The position numbers were made by a program, and so were the translations under genes. Under the pieces are notes generated by a model. It saw only the letters and a list, made by a program, of their open reading frames with translations, did no database searches and had not been told where the DNA came from. Below, piece after piece: positions 20,579-31,659 of a stretch of 64,000 nt of DNA (position 1 is the stretch's first letter; each line of letters begins with the position of its first letter). Source of the DNA: Promethearchaeota archaeon (GTDB lineage: Archaea > Asgardarchaeota > Lokiarchaeia > Sigyniarchaeales > SOKP01); assembly GCA_030603385.1 (NCBI GenBank), contig JAUVXW010000022.1, positions 1 to 64,000 of the forward strand. The letters are read 5' to 3'.

Positions 20579-22369
20579 TTATTTCATAAGATTTTCTAAT
20601 TGGTTAACAAAGTCTTCATATTGTTTTATTCCTAGATTCCAGAAATCTTGTTTTGTGATATCTAGTCCCACAATCAACCCTAATTCTTCTGGGGGAACAC
20701 TACCTCCGGCAGCGAGAAGCTTCTTAAATTTAGGAACAAATTCTTTTCCTTCCTTTTTATAAGTTTGATACAATGCGTAAACGAATAGTTGAGCGTAGAC
20801 ATAGGGATAATTATAGAAGCGAAAATTCGGGAAAAAGTAATGCTGCTTCATAGTCCATTCCCAATCCATCTCCTCAAACCATTCAACAGAATCTCCATAT
20901 ATTTTGTCTCTACCAGCGCACCAATATTTTGAAATTGTTTTTCCATCTAAATTTTCTCCTTTTTTAACAGCTTTATATAGATCTTGTTCAAACCAAAATC
21001 TTGCGCTTACTTGAAATGCGGCTTGTCCAGCATCGTCTAATACATGGGCCAGTATTGCCATTTTTTCTTCTTTAGATTGTGCCGCTTCAAGAAGCAAATC
21101 TGTTAATAGAAGTTCCCCAAATATAGATGCAGTTTCTGCTACTGTATACCCTGGATGAATATTAAAGTATGTTTGTGCTTGAAAGGATAAATAATCATGA
21201 ACTGCATGACCAAGCTCATGGATAAGTGTAAAAATTTCATTAATTTCTCCAGTGTACGTCATGAGAACAAAGGCAGATCTACCTTTATACCAAGAAGCGC
21301 AATTGGCTCCATTTCTTTTACCCTTTCTAGGACTTGCGTCAATGTGATTTCGACTAAACATATCATTAAGATACTCCACAAATTCATTGTCAAATTTTTC
21401 ATTTGCTTGAATTACAAGTTCTTTAGCTTTTTCCCATGAATATTTTTTATGTGGGGCAATCGGAAGCGGAGCACGAACATCAGCACAATTTAACCTAGGA
21501 AAACCTAGGATTTTTGCTTTAAGATTAATATATCTACGATAAACGCCTACACCTTTTTCTATTGCCCTCATCAAATTATCAATTATTTCCTGAGTTGTAT
21601 CATTTACAATGAGACTATCATGCATTGGGCTATCGTATTTTCTTCTCTTCGAATTATTAAACCAGTCGCTACAAATACTTCTCAAAGCAGAAGAAAATAT
21701 ATACTCATCTTCTCCAAGCAAGCCATAAATAGACTTGTTTGCTGATATTCTAGTATCCCTATCTGGATGGTTAAGTAAAGCATTAGCTTCCCCATAAGAT
21801 AATTCCTTCTCCTCACCTTCAACTTTTACTACTATTTTTCTTGTATTTAACCATTTAGACTGTAAAGTACTCCATGCTCTTATCCCGTATTGATCTTTTT
21901 CAAGAATTAATTGTTCTTCTACTTCAGAAAGATTATGAGGAAAATTTCTTTTAATAATTTCTAATAAATGTTTATAATTTGATAAAATTGGATTATTAAT
22001 TATATCAGAATTATCATTAACGAATTTTGCTATATCTAATTCCAAAAAAGCCAGATCTTTAGAAATTTTTGTAGAAAAATCATCAATACGATTCTTCAAA
22101 GCCTCATTTTCTGGAATTATCATATTAGCACTGTATAATCTATTCTTATAAAGATCTAATTCACCAATATCTGCTTGAAATTCTTCTTGTATTTTAAACA
22201 ATTCTAACAATTTCTCAGGTGTAAATTCAGTAGAGTTAATTTTCCCTTTATAATCTTTGATAAGTATAGTAGCCTTACTGGAAAGGTTATCTATTCTTTC
22301 AGTGATTTTGGGGTCATCATGCCCGGAGAAAATTTCTGTTAAATCCCAAGCGATTTCTTTTTCAGTCAT
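20579..22369 (-). CDS. pepF: oligoendopeptidase F (M3B family)
   Basis: WDLTEIF N-terminus, GKRNGA, HELGH zinc motif, AETASIFGE, FYNYPY; ATG 22369 preferred (alternative 22378). Confidence 0.9.
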   Translation of the reverse strand: MTEKEIAWDLTEIFSGHDDPKITERIDNLSSKATILIKDYKGKINSTEFTPEKLLELFKIQEEFQADIGELDLYKNRLYSANMIIPENEALKNRIDDFSTKISKDLAFLELDIAKFVNDNSDIINNPILSNYKHLLEIIKRNFPHNLSEVEEQLILEKDQYGIRAWSTLQSKWLNTRKIVVKVEGEEKELSYGEANALLNHPDRDTRISANKSIYGLLGEDEYIFSSALRSICSDWFNNSKRRKYDSPMHDSLIVNDTTQEIIDNLMRAIEKGVGVYRRYINLKAKILGFPRLNCADVRAPLPIAPHKKYSWEKAKELVIQANEKFDNEFVEYLNDMFSRNHIDASPRKGKRNGANCASWYKGRSAFVLMTYTGEINEIFTLIHELGHAVHDYLSFQAQTYFNIHPGYTVAETASIFGELLLTDLLLEAAQSKEEKMAILAHVLDDAGQAAFQVSARFWFEQDLYKAVKKGENLDGKTISKYWCAGRDKIYGDSVEWFEEMDWEWTMKQHYFFPNFRFYNYPYVYAQLFVYALYQTYKKEGKEFVPKFKKLLAAGGSVPPEELGLIVGLDITKQDFWNLGIKQYEDFVNQLENLMK

Positions 22370-22533
22370 TATAATCATGACGTTAAAAATTGGAAAATTT
22401 AAAAACCTTTACCATAGTCATAATTTTATACTTCAAGTCGGGCATGGAAACAAGAAAAAGAAACTATACCTAAACTATAAATTAAATCTTAATTTTTATT
22501 TTATTCTTTTTATTAATTTCAGTCAAAGTAAAT

Positions 22534-24093
22534 TTATTCATATTCAATCGTCCCAGGAGGTTTATTGGTGATATCATATACAACCCTATTTATACCCTTA
22601 ACCTCATTGGTAATTCGTGTTCCTATTTTCTCTAACAAATCCCAGTTCAGTTTAGCAAAATTAGCAGTCATTACATCAAGAGACTCAACAGCTCTAATCG
22701 CACAAATATATTCATATGTACGAGAGTCTCCCATGACACCGACGGTTTTTAGTGGTAGAAAAACACAAAAAACTTGCCATAAGCTTTCATATACTCCTGC
22801 TTTCTTAATCTCATCAATTAAAATCTCATCTGCTTTCCTCAAAATATCAAGTTTTTCTTTGTTTATAGAACCGACAATTCTTACAGCCAAACCAGGTCCC
22901 GGAAATGGATGTCTTGAAATTATTTCTTTTGGGACACCAAGTTTAATCCCAATTCTTCTAACTTCATCTTTATACAAGTCTTTTAATGGCTCAATGATTT
23001 GCAGTGTCATATCTTCGGGTAAAGTTACGTTATGATGAGACTTGATTTTTGCTGAAGCATTACTAGTTGCGCTTGTTTCTACACGATCAGGATAAATCGT
23101 CCCTTGTGCAAGGTATTTAATATCTGGATTTACTTTTTCTAGCTCAATCGTTTTATTTTCGAATACTTCAATAAAAGTATGACCAATTATCTTACGCTTC
23201 TCTTCTGGATCCTCAATATTCTCAAGCCTTTTTAAAAATAGTTCTTGGGCGTCTATATAATGAAAATTTTTAAAATTCAATTGTTCTTTGAATGTGTTTT
23301 GGACTTCTATTTCTTCATTCTTTCTCAATAAGCCATTATTCACAAAAACGCTGTGTAAGCGATCACCAATAACTCTATGAATTAAAACAGCTGTTACCGA
23401 AGAATCAACACCCCCACTTAGCCCTAAAATCACTTTTTTATCTGGTCCTAATTCATTTTTAATTTCTTCAATAATTTTATCTATTAAACCTTCAACTTTC
23501 CATTCTTTTTTACATTGAGCTATTTTAAATACAAAATTTTCTAAAATTTTATTACCTTTAGGAGTATTCACTACTTCGGGATGAAACTGAACACCGTATA
23601 ATAGTTGATCCTCATTTGCATAAGAGGCTATTGGGCAAGTATCTGTTTTGGCCAAAATTTTGAAGCCATTGGGTAAAGAGATAACTTGATCACCATGAGA
23701 CATCCATACAATTTCTTCTCTATCTAACGAGTCAAAAAGAAGACTTTTCTCTATAATAATAAGATTTGCTCTACCATATTCCTTTGTTTCTTTAGGTTCT
23801 ACTTCTCCTTCATGCTTATGTATAATTAAATGATGCCCATAGCAGATTCCTAATAAAGGGATTTTATTTTCAAAGGTAAATTTAAAAAATTCATTACTAA
23901 TAGTCGGGCTATCTTTTTCATAAATACTTCTTGGACCTCCAGAAAATATTATTGCCTTAGGTGTGATTTTTCTAATTTTATCTAGATCAACATCATAAGG
24001 TAAAATCTCAGAATATACTCCAAAATCTCGAATTCGCCTTGCAATTAAATGCGCATATTGCCCACCAAAATCTAAAACAATAACACTATCCAT
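22534..24093 (-). CDS. guaA: GMP synthase (glutamine-hydrolysing), fused GATase+ATPPase
   Basis: LDFGGQY, GICYG, QFHPEV, SGGVDSS, IKSHHN, HPFPGPGL, KPPGTIEYE. Confidence 0.98.
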   Translation of the reverse strand: MDSVIVLDFGGQYAHLIARRIRDFGVYSEILPYDVDLDKIRKITPKAIIFSGGPRSIYEKDSPTISNEFFKFTFENKIPLLGICYGHHLIIHKHEGEVEPKETKEYGRANLIIIEKSLLFDSLDREEIVWMSHGDQVISLPNGFKILAKTDTCPIASYANEDQLLYGVQFHPEVVNTPKGNKILENFVFKIAQCKKEWKVEGLIDKIIEEIKNELGPDKKVILGLSGGVDSSVTAVLIHRVIGDRLHSVFVNNGLLRKNEEIEVQNTFKEQLNFKNFHYIDAQELFLKRLENIEDPEEKRKIIGHTFIEVFENKTIELEKVNPDIKYLAQGTIYPDRVETSATSNASAKIKSHHNVTLPEDMTLQIIEPLKDLYKDEVRRIGIKLGVPKEIISRHPFPGPGLAVRIVGSINKEKLDILRKADEILIDEIKKAGVYESLWQVFCVFLPLKTVGVMGDSRTYEYICAIRAVESLDVMTANFAKLNWDLLEKIGTRITNEVKGINRVVYDITNKPPGTIEYE

Positions 24094-24342
24094 GATTGGA
24101 AAACTTTAAAGTTAGATTTGAAAATTAACTTGATATTATATTTATTATATTGAAATCGTTTCTTAGTTAATTTTTAATAAGCCATTTAATCAAATTAATT
24201 TTTCCAATTAATCATATATTTTTTCTTAGTTAAAATCTTTAATTAAACAAGTATTCACAAAACCATTAAAGCCAATACAACGCTTAGAACGAATTAAATT
24301 GTTTTAAAATTAAAATTTCAATAGAATCTATAAACAAGAGGA

Positions 24343-25227
24343 GTGGCATTGCCTTATAAGATTTTAAAAAAAAAACAACTTGGAAAAAGTGGGACTTTAT
24401 TTGAAATTGATATCCACGCACCACTAATTGCTAAGAAAGCAAATGCAGGTAATTTTATATTAATAAGAATCAATGAAAAGGGTGAGAGATTTCCCCTCAC
24501 TATTGCCAATTATAATAGACAAAAAGGCACAATTACACTTGTAGTTCAAATAGTTGGCAAGTCAACATTACTCCTTTCTCATCAAGAAAAAGGTGATGAG
24601 ATATTAGATGTAGTAGGTCCATTAGGAAATAAAATCCATATTAAAAAATATGAAAATCCAATTGTAATTATAGGTGGTGGTGTTGGAATTGCACCATGCT
24701 ATCCACAAGCTAAGGAACTTAAAGAAGCAGGTAACACAATTATTTCAATATTAGGTGCTCGTACAAAGGATTTATTATTTTGGCAAGACAAAATGATGGC
24801 TGTAAGTGATAAACTAATAATTACTACAAATGATGGAAGTGAAGGAATGAAAGGTTTTGTAACTGAGCCCTTAAAAAAATTACTTTCGGAAGAAAAAATA
24901 AGCTTAGTTATTGCGATTGGACCTATGATAATGATGAAAAATGTTGCATTAATGACAAGTGGAGTTGAAGGATTGCCAAGAGTAAAAACTCTCGTATCAC
25001 TAAATACTATTATGGTAGATGGAACAGGAATGTGCGGAGGATGTCGATTCCCTTCAAAAGATGGTGAAATCCATTTTGCTTGCGTTGAAGGTCCAGATGT
25101 TGATGGTCATATGGTTGATTTTGACATCCTATTAAACCGAGAAAAACGATTTACTGAATTTGAGAAGAAATCTTTTGATCTTTATAAACATGAATGTAGG
25201 GTTTTAAAAGGAATTGAAAAAAATTAA
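24343..25227 (+). CDS. NfnA/SudB-like FAD/[2Fe-2S] subunit
   Basis: ERFPLTI, GPLG, GGGVGIAP, MVDGTGMCGGCR, FACVEGP. Confidence 0.92.
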   Translation: MALPYKILKKKQLGKSGTLFEIDIHAPLIAKKANAGNFILIRINEKGERFPLTIANYNRQKGTITLVVQIVGKSTLLLSHQEKGDEILDVVGPLGNKIHIKKYENPIVIIGGGVGIAPCYPQAKELKEAGNTIISILGARTKDLLFWQDKMMAVSDKLIITTNDGSEGMKGFVTEPLKKLLSEEKISLVIAIGPMIMMKNVALMTSGVEGLPRVKTLVSLNTIMVDGTGMCGGCRFPSKDGEIHFACVEGPDVDGHMVDFDILLNREKRFTEFEKKSFDLYKHECRVLKGIEKN

Positions 25228-25250
25228 AAATAATATAGAGACAGATTATA

Positions 25251-26645
25251 ATGGCTAAAATTCCACCCCGACAAAAAATGCCAGAACAAGATCCTAATAT
25301 TAGAATAGATAATTTTGAAGAAGTAGCTTTAGGGTTTACTGAAGAAATGGCTAAAAATGAAGCTGAGAGATGTCTACAATGTGATGAGCCTAAGTGTGTC
25401 AATGGATGTCCTGTTAATATTGATATTCCAAAATTTATTAAACTAATTAAAGAAAATGATTATTTAGAAGCAATTCGGAGCATTAAAGAATACAATATAT
25501 TACCTGCTATATGTGGTAGAGTCTGTCCTCAAGAAATTCAGTGTGAGAAAGCATGTATTCTTAGTAAAAAATGGGAACCCGTTGCGATTGGAGCTCTTGA
25601 GAGATTTTTAGCAGATTGGGAATTAAAAAATCAATTAAAAGAATGTCCCGATTGTCAGGCTCCAAATAATATTAAAGTTGCTGTTATTGGTTCAGGTCCC
25701 GCAGGTTTAACTTGTGCTGCAGACCTAGCCAAATACGGATTCGAGGTAACTATATTTGAAGCATTTCATACAGGTGGCGGTGTTTTAGTTTATGGTATTC
25801 CAGAATTTCGGCTCCCTAAAGATATTGTTGAGAATGAAATAGATACTTTGAAAATGTTAGGTGTAAAAACTGAATATAATATGATAATAGGAAAAATTTT
25901 AACTATCAATGATTTAAAGAATATGGGTTTTATGGCTATTTTTATAGGTGTAGGTGCTGGTGTACCTTTAATACCCAAGATCCTTGGATTGAATCTAAAT
26001 GGTGTTCTTACTGCAAATGAGTTTCTTACCAGAACAAATTTAATGAAAGCCTATAAATTTCCAGAATATGACACCCCTATAAAAATTGGAGAAATTGTTA
26101 TTGTAATCGGTGGTGGAAATACAGCTTTGGATTCTGCACGTGTTGCACTAAGACTCGGTGCTGAAAAAGTAATAATAGCATATAGAAGAAGTGAAGCTGA
26201 AATGCCCGCAAGAAAAGAAGAATATCACCATGCTGTAGAAGAAGGGATAGAATTCAAATTTTTAACTAATCCTGTAAAAATTTTAGGAGATAAAGATAGT
26301 AATGTGAAAGAAATTGATTTTATAAAAATGGAATTAGGAGAATATGATGAATCTGGAAGGCGAAGACCTATTCCTATAGAGAATTCAGAATTCAAAATAA
26401 AATGTGATACATTGATTTTAGCTATTGGTACCCTCGCAAATCCAATATTAATAAAATCTCTCCCAGAAATAAAATTAAATAAAAGGGGTTATATCCAACT
26501 GGACGAAAACGGAATGACTAATATAGAAGGTATTTTCGCGGGGGGAGATATTGTATCAGGATCAGCAACTGTTATAAGTGCTATGGGTGCTGGACGTAAA
26601 GCAGCTAAAGCAATAAATCGATATATAAAGTCAAAAATTCATTAA
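25251..26645 (+). CDS. NfnB/SudA-like (GltD-family) NADPH oxidoreductase subunit
   Basis: EAERCLQC..CVNGCP, CGRVCPQE..CE, GSGPAG, YGIPEFRLP, GGGNTA, FAGGD. Confidence 0.93.
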   Translation: MAKIPPRQKMPEQDPNIRIDNFEEVALGFTEEMAKNEAERCLQCDEPKCVNGCPVNIDIPKFIKLIKENDYLEAIRSIKEYNILPAICGRVCPQEIQCEKACILSKKWEPVAIGALERFLADWELKNQLKECPDCQAPNNIKVAVIGSGPAGLTCAADLAKYGFEVTIFEAFHTGGGVLVYGIPEFRLPKDIVENEIDTLKMLGVKTEYNMIIGKILTINDLKNMGFMAIFIGVGAGVPLIPKILGLNLNGVLTANEFLTRTNLMKAYKFPEYDTPIKIGEIVIVIGGGNTALDSARVALRLGAEKVIIAYRRSEAEMPARKEEYHHAVEEGIEFKFLTNPVKILGDKDSNVKEIDFIKMELGEYDESGRRRPIPIENSEFKIKCDTLILAIGTLANPILIKSLPEIKLNKRGYIQLDENGMTNIEGIFAGGDIVSGSATVISAMGAGRKAAKAINRYIKSKIH

Positions 26646-26784
26646 ATTTCCTTCAGGAGACTGATACTATATTTATTTTAAATAAGAGATAATTATTTAT
26701 ATTTTAAAAAAAATTGAAAATTATTCAGAAATTTATTACAAACTTTACTTAAATTGAAAAAAAAATATTATAAGTGAGATTAAA

Positions 26785-28035
26785 ATGACTGAAGAATTAG
26801 ATCCTTTTAAGATCTCTCAAAAACAACTTTATGGGGCTTGTAAAATTAGTGGTTGTTCTAGTGATGTTTATAACGTCTTAAGTGAACCGGAAAGATTTGT
26901 TGAAGTAAAAATCATTATGAAAATGGATGATGGTTCATTAAAAGTTTTTAAAGGATTTAGATCCCAATATAATTCCGCTAGAGGCCCTATGAAAGGTGGT
27001 ATCAGATGGCATCCTGATGAAAGTGCATCTCTTGTTAAAGCTTTATCTGCATGGATGACTTGGAAATGTGCTTGCGTTGATATCCCTCTAGGGGGCGCTA
27101 AAGGGGGAATAATTGTCAACCCAAAAGAATTGACTAACAGGGAGCTTGAAATGCTTGCTAGAAATTATATAAGACAACTTGCAGATTTTATTGGACCTAA
27201 TATTGACGTACCAGCACCTGATGTTTACACTAATCCTCAAATTATGGCATGGATGATGGATGAATATGAAAAAATCATGCGAAAGCATGTTCCATCAGTT
27301 ATTACAGGTAAACCTTTACCCTTAGGGGGTAGTGCAGGAAGATTGATTGCAACAGCTAAAGGAGGTTCTTTTTGTATTAGAGAAGCAGCTAAAGACATTG
27401 GATTAAATCTAAATGGAGCAAAGGTTGTTATACAAGGATTTGGAAATGCGGGTTCATGGGCTTCTAGAATTTTAAAACAAGATTTCAATTGTAAAGTAAT
27501 TGCTGTATCTGATTCTAAGGGAGGAATCTACAACAGAAATGGGCTTGATCCAAATAGAGTTATAGATCAAAAAGAAAAAACATCAACAGTATTGGGTGTA
27601 AAAGATACTCAAGAGATCACAAATGAGGAATTATTAGAATTAGAATGTGATATATTAATTCCTGCTGCGCTAGAAAATGTTATTACCAAAAAAAACGCGA
27701 AAAATATAAATTGTAAAATCCTTGCAGAACTTGCAAATGGACCAACTACGCCCTCAGGAGATGAAATTTTGTCTAATAATGGAGTTCTCATAATTCCTGA
27801 TTTTTTATGTAATGCTGGAGGGGTTACTGTTTCATATTTGGAAATGGTCCAAGGCTATTATCAATACTTTTGGTCTGAAGAAGAGGTAATTGCAACTTTA
27901 GATCGTACGATGACTAAAGCATACCATGAAACTGTTGAAAAAGCAAAAGAATATAATACTCATAACCGACTTGGTGCTTATATAATAGCTGTTGATAGGG
28001 TTATAAATGCGATGAAATTACGTGGTTGGATATAA
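26785..28035 (+). CDS. gdhA: glutamate dehydrogenase (copy 1)
   Basis: [40 protein letters not shown]. Confidence 0.95.
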   Translation: MTEELDPFKISQKQLYGACKISGCSSDVYNVLSEPERFVEVKIIMKMDDGSLKVFKGFRSQYNSARGPMKGGIRWHPDESASLVKALSAWMTWKCACVDIPLGGAKGGIIVNPKELTNRELEMLARNYIRQLADFIGPNIDVPAPDVYTNPQIMAWMMDEYEKIMRKHVPSVITGKPLPLGGSAGRLIATAKGGSFCIREAAKDIGLNLNGAKVVIQGFGNAGSWASRILKQDFNCKVIAVSDSKGGIYNRNGLDPNRVIDQKEKTSTVLGVKDTQEITNEELLELECDILIPAALENVITKKNAKNINCKILAELANGPTTPSGDEILSNNGVLIIPDFLCNAGGVTVSYLEMVQGYYQYFWSEEEVIATLDRTMTKAYHETVEKAKEYNTHNRLGAYIIAVDRVINAMKLRGWI

Positions 28036-28190
28036 ATAAAAATTGCTGAAAAACTTTTATAAATTTAAGAATTTATTATACAAATAGCTAATTTTTTTTA
28101 CTATTTCTTAATAATATTAAAAACTATTTAATTTTAAATATTTGTCAAAATATTAGCTAATTATAATGATGAATAATTAATGGTGAAAAA

Positions 28191-29447
28191 ATTTTACTTG
28201 ATATTAATCCATTTGAAAGTGCTAAAAAAAAGCTTGATATTGCTGCTAAGTTAATAGATTTAAATCCAAATACATTGGAATATCTTAAAAAAGTAGAAAG
28301 AGCTTTAATAGTTTCTATTCCTATACTTATGGACGATAGTTCTCTTAAGATTTTCGAAGGTTATAGGGTTCATCATTCTACCTTACGAGGTCCGGCAAAA
28401 GGAGGTATAAGATATTCGCCTGATGTTACTCTTGATGAAATGAAAGCTTTAGCGTTTTTAATGACATTTAAAACAAGTCTTCTAAACATCCCCATGGGAG
28501 GATCTAAGGGAGGAGTCTGCGTAGACACTAAAGATCTATCGAAGAGAGAATTAGAGAGATTAACTCGAAGATATACTGCTGAAATTATTAATATGATTGG
28601 ACCAGATATTGATATTCCAGCACCAGATATGTATACTGATTCAACCACAATGGCTTGGATTATGGATACATATAGTATGCAAAAAGGTCGAACTATTCCC
28701 GGTGTGGTAACTGGTAAACCGCTTGAAATTGGAGGGTCAATAGGAAGAATAGAAGCTCCAGGGACTGGAATGTATTATATCCTTGATCATCTTTGCCAAA
28801 AACTAAATTATGACTTAACTAAAATGAAAGTAGTTATTCAAGGTTTTGGGAAAGTGGGATCTAATGTTGCTAAGCAATTATGTGACCGTTCATGTAATAT
28901 TATTGCAGTTTCTGAAAAAGAAGGAGGGATTTATTCACCAGATGGTTTAGACATTAATGAAATATCAACGTGGAAACAAAAAGGGAATTTATTAAAAGAT
29001 TATGAAGGAAAAGATATTACCCACATTACAAATAAAGAATTACTCAGTACAAAATGTGATGTTTTGATTCCTGCTGCGGTGGAGAATCAAATATATAGCA
29101 AGAATGCAGACAAAGTAGAATGCAATATTATATTAGAAGGTGCAAACAGTCCTACAACTTCCCAAGCCGATGCTATCTTAAACGAGAAAGGAGTAATTAT
29201 CGTTCCAGATATTCTTGCAAATAGCGGTGGGGTACTTGTTTCATATTTTGAATATATTCAAGATATACATAGCTATTTCTGGGGATTAGATCGTGTCAAT
29301 AGAGAAATGAAAAATATTCTCATTAAAACATTTGAAGATGTTTATGAACTTTCGAAGAAAAGGCATACCTCGCTTAGAACATCAGCATTTGCTATTGGTG
29401 CAAAGAGATTAGCGAAAGCCCACGAACTAAGAGGTTTATTTCCATAA
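28191..29447 (+). CDS. glutamate dehydrogenase family protein (copy 2)
   Basis: GPAKGGIRY, GGSKGG, PAPDM, QGFGKVG. Conserved N-terminus NPFESAKKKLDIAA lies upstream of TTG 28275; start is ATT 28191 or ATG 28180 with a one-base A-run slip. Confidence 0.9.
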   Translation: MLLDINPFESAKKKLDIAAKLIDLNPNTLEYLKKVERALIVSIPILMDDSSLKIFEGYRVHHSTLRGPAKGGIRYSPDVTLDEMKALAFLMTFKTSLLNIPMGGSKGGVCVDTKDLSKRELERLTRRYTAEIINMIGPDIDIPAPDMYTDSTTMAWIMDTYSMQKGRTIPGVVTGKPLEIGGSIGRIEAPGTGMYYILDHLCQKLNYDLTKMKVVIQGFGKVGSNVAKQLCDRSCNIIAVSEKEGGIYSPDGLDINEISTWKQKGNLLKDYEGKDITHITNKELLSTKCDVLIPAAVENQIYSKNADKVECNIILEGANSPTTSQADAILNEKGVIIVPDILANSGGVLVSYFEYIQDIHSYFWGLDRVNREMKNILIKTFEDVYELSKKRHTSLRTSAFAIGAKRLAKAHELRGLFP

Positions 29448-29523
29448 TATATCATATTGGAATAAATCTACGTTATAAATAGAAATTGATATGATCTTAA
29501 TAACTTAATAATAAATTTGAGAT

Positions 29524-29580
29524 ACTATTGCTCTTTCTCGTGTAGCAAAAGCTATTAAGCTGAGAGGTATTTTTCCATAA
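29524..29580 (+). pseudogene. 3' remnant of a third glutamate dehydrogenase paralogue
   Basis: Reads TIALSRVAKAIKLRGIFP*, parallel to AIGAKRLAKAHELRGLFP* of copy 2. Confidence 0.7.
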
Positions 29581-29598
29581 GTTATGATTAATTTGTTT

Positions 29599-30036
29599 TT
29601 ATCCAAATATTAGAACTAAAATCAATAACGAAATTATCGCGATTCCAATATGAATCAACGCAAATAACGCACCCATTTTAAACAAGCGTTTATAGTTCAA
29701 GTTATCTACTCCCGAATCGCGTGTTATTTTTTGGGTCATCATATCACAAGCGACTCCTTGAGGAATAATATTACCTCCTATATTAATTGCAACTATAAAT
29801 GCAAAAAGAAGAGGAACTGAAAGAAATCCAAAGGTAACGATCAAAGTATCAATGATTGGAATGAATACAAGCGCAGTAGGGGTGTTAGCTAGGAAACCAG
29901 AAATTAAACTAACAATGACTAAGATAATGGTTATTAAAAGAAAAGGATTAATTAATTCAAACGGAATTTTTTCGAAGATTTCTCTAAATCCTACCTCTAA
30001 AAGGCATCCTATAACTACATATAGAGATAATAAAAA
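29599..30036 (-). pseudogene. 5'-truncated paralogue of the neighbouring SLC13/ArsB-type permease
   Basis: Open frame SLYVVIGCLLEVGF..ANTPTALVFIPII..NIGGNIIPQGVACDMM aligns with the C-terminal third of 30167..31477; no N-terminal part. Confidence 0.8.
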
Positions 30037-30166
30037 ATTAATTCCTAAGAATTGAAGACTAGAATTATAATTTAGTAGAAAAAGGTTCAGTTCAAGGGGA
30101 TTTAGAGATCTACTTCCTTTGATACTGTATTTTATTTTTTTAATTGATCACTTCTAATAGATCAAA

Positions 30167-31477
30167 TTATCCAGAGATTGGAACTAAGATCAGTAAGTAC
30201 AATAATGATATTCCAATATGAATTGAGGCAAACAAAGCTCCTGTCTTTAATAAGCGCTTATAATTAAAATTTTCTACACCTGAATCCCGTGCAATTTTCA
30301 GAGTCATCATATCGCAAGCCGCTCCCGAAGGCAGGAAATTTCCGCCAAGATTGATACCGATTATAAGCGAAAAAAATAGTGGAACTGATGAAAATCCAAA
30401 ACCCAACTCTGGATCTATTAATGTTGTTATAATAGGGATAAAAATTAACGCAGTAGGAGTATTTGCAACAACGCCAGAGATAAAACTGATTATTATTAGG
30501 ATAATAAAGGACAAAACAAAAGGATTCAAAGCTTCAAACGCGATCATTTCAAAAATCTCTCCAAATCCAGCCTCTATAAGACATCCAACGACTACATACA
30601 ATGAAATGAAGAAGAACAAAATTTCCCACTCAACATCCTTTAAAAGATCGCTCATAGCTTTTCCCGTATAACCCCTATTAACTAGTACCAAAATTAAAGT
30701 GGCAATCATGGCAGTTAAAAAAAGTAAAGGGAGAATACCAAATAATATAACTGTTATGATTATGGCAATACCGTTAAAATAAAACATTTTTTTGTTTTTA
30801 ATCATAATTTCTGTATCTATTAAATCTATTACAAACTTCTTCTGCGCTTCTTCAATTTTTGGTTCTTTACTCAGGATAAATCTGTCAAGTAAAAAAATCG
30901 TACAAAACAGCAAAATAAATGAAAATAACCAATAAAACTGAATAAAGTAAAGTGTATCGAGCTCGGTAAATGCGGTAGAAATGATAATGTTTTCTCCACT
31001 TGAGAAGGGAGTTAGTATTGAGCCAATATTGATACAAATCGTCATTCCTAAAAGATACGTTCCAGCTCTAATTTTTAAAAAATGACATAATCGAATAACT
31101 ATTGGAGCAAGAATTAATACTACAACAACATCGCTGATAACTGATGCTAAAAAAGTAGTCAATATACAAAGGAACCAAAAAAAAGTTCTTCTATTCCCTT
31201 TTGATAGTTTAAAGAGTTTTACAGCAAGATATTCTAAAAGATTAGAATCTTGAGCTATTTTAGTAATAATACTCATACTTAATATAATTATGATTGCTTT
31301 CCATTCAATAAAACCAATAAAAATATCAATCCCTATTCCCTTTACTAAACCCGTAATTGTCGCTGCTATAAAGCAACATAAAAGAGAAATAGCTACAAAA
31401 TCTAAATTAGATTTGGAGTAACTTAGAATTATTAAAAAAAACAGGATAAAAATGATGATAAGAAGTACCAGATCCAT
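30167..31477 (-). CDS. SLC13/CitMHS/ArsB-NhaD family permease
   Basis: Many TM helices, NIGSILTPFSSGENIII, VEWEILFFF, ANTPT, NLGGN. Confidence 0.88.
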   Translation of the reverse strand: MDLVLLIIIFILFFLIILSYSKSNLDFVAISLLCCFIAATITGLVKGIGIDIFIGFIEWKAIIIILSMSIITKIAQDSNLLEYLAVKLFKLSKGNRRTFFWFLCILTTFLASVISDVVVVLILAPIVIRLCHFLKIRAGTYLLGMTICINIGSILTPFSSGENIIISTAFTELDTLYFIQFYWLFSFILLFCTIFLLDRFILSKEPKIEEAQKKFVIDLIDTEIMIKNKKMFYFNGIAIIITVILFGILPLLFLTAMIATLILVLVNRGYTGKAMSDLLKDVEWEILFFFISLYVVVGCLIEAGFGEIFEMIAFEALNPFVLSFIILIIISFISGVVANTPTALIFIPIITTLIDPELGFGFSSVPLFFSLIIGINLGGNFLPSGAACDMMTLKIARDSGVENFNYKRLLKTGALFASIHIGISLLYLLILVPISG

Positions 31478-31659
31478 GGTAAATTAACATTATTTTCTAA
31501 GAATTAATTAATAAATTAAATAAATTGCTTTTAATAAATCTATTTGAAATTAATAGCATTTAATTTGAATAGTAAATAGTTAAAAGTACAAAAGATTTGA
31601 TTTAGATCTTCTTTCTCTTTCTCTTCTGGATTGAATAAAATCAAGAATTTGAATATAAA

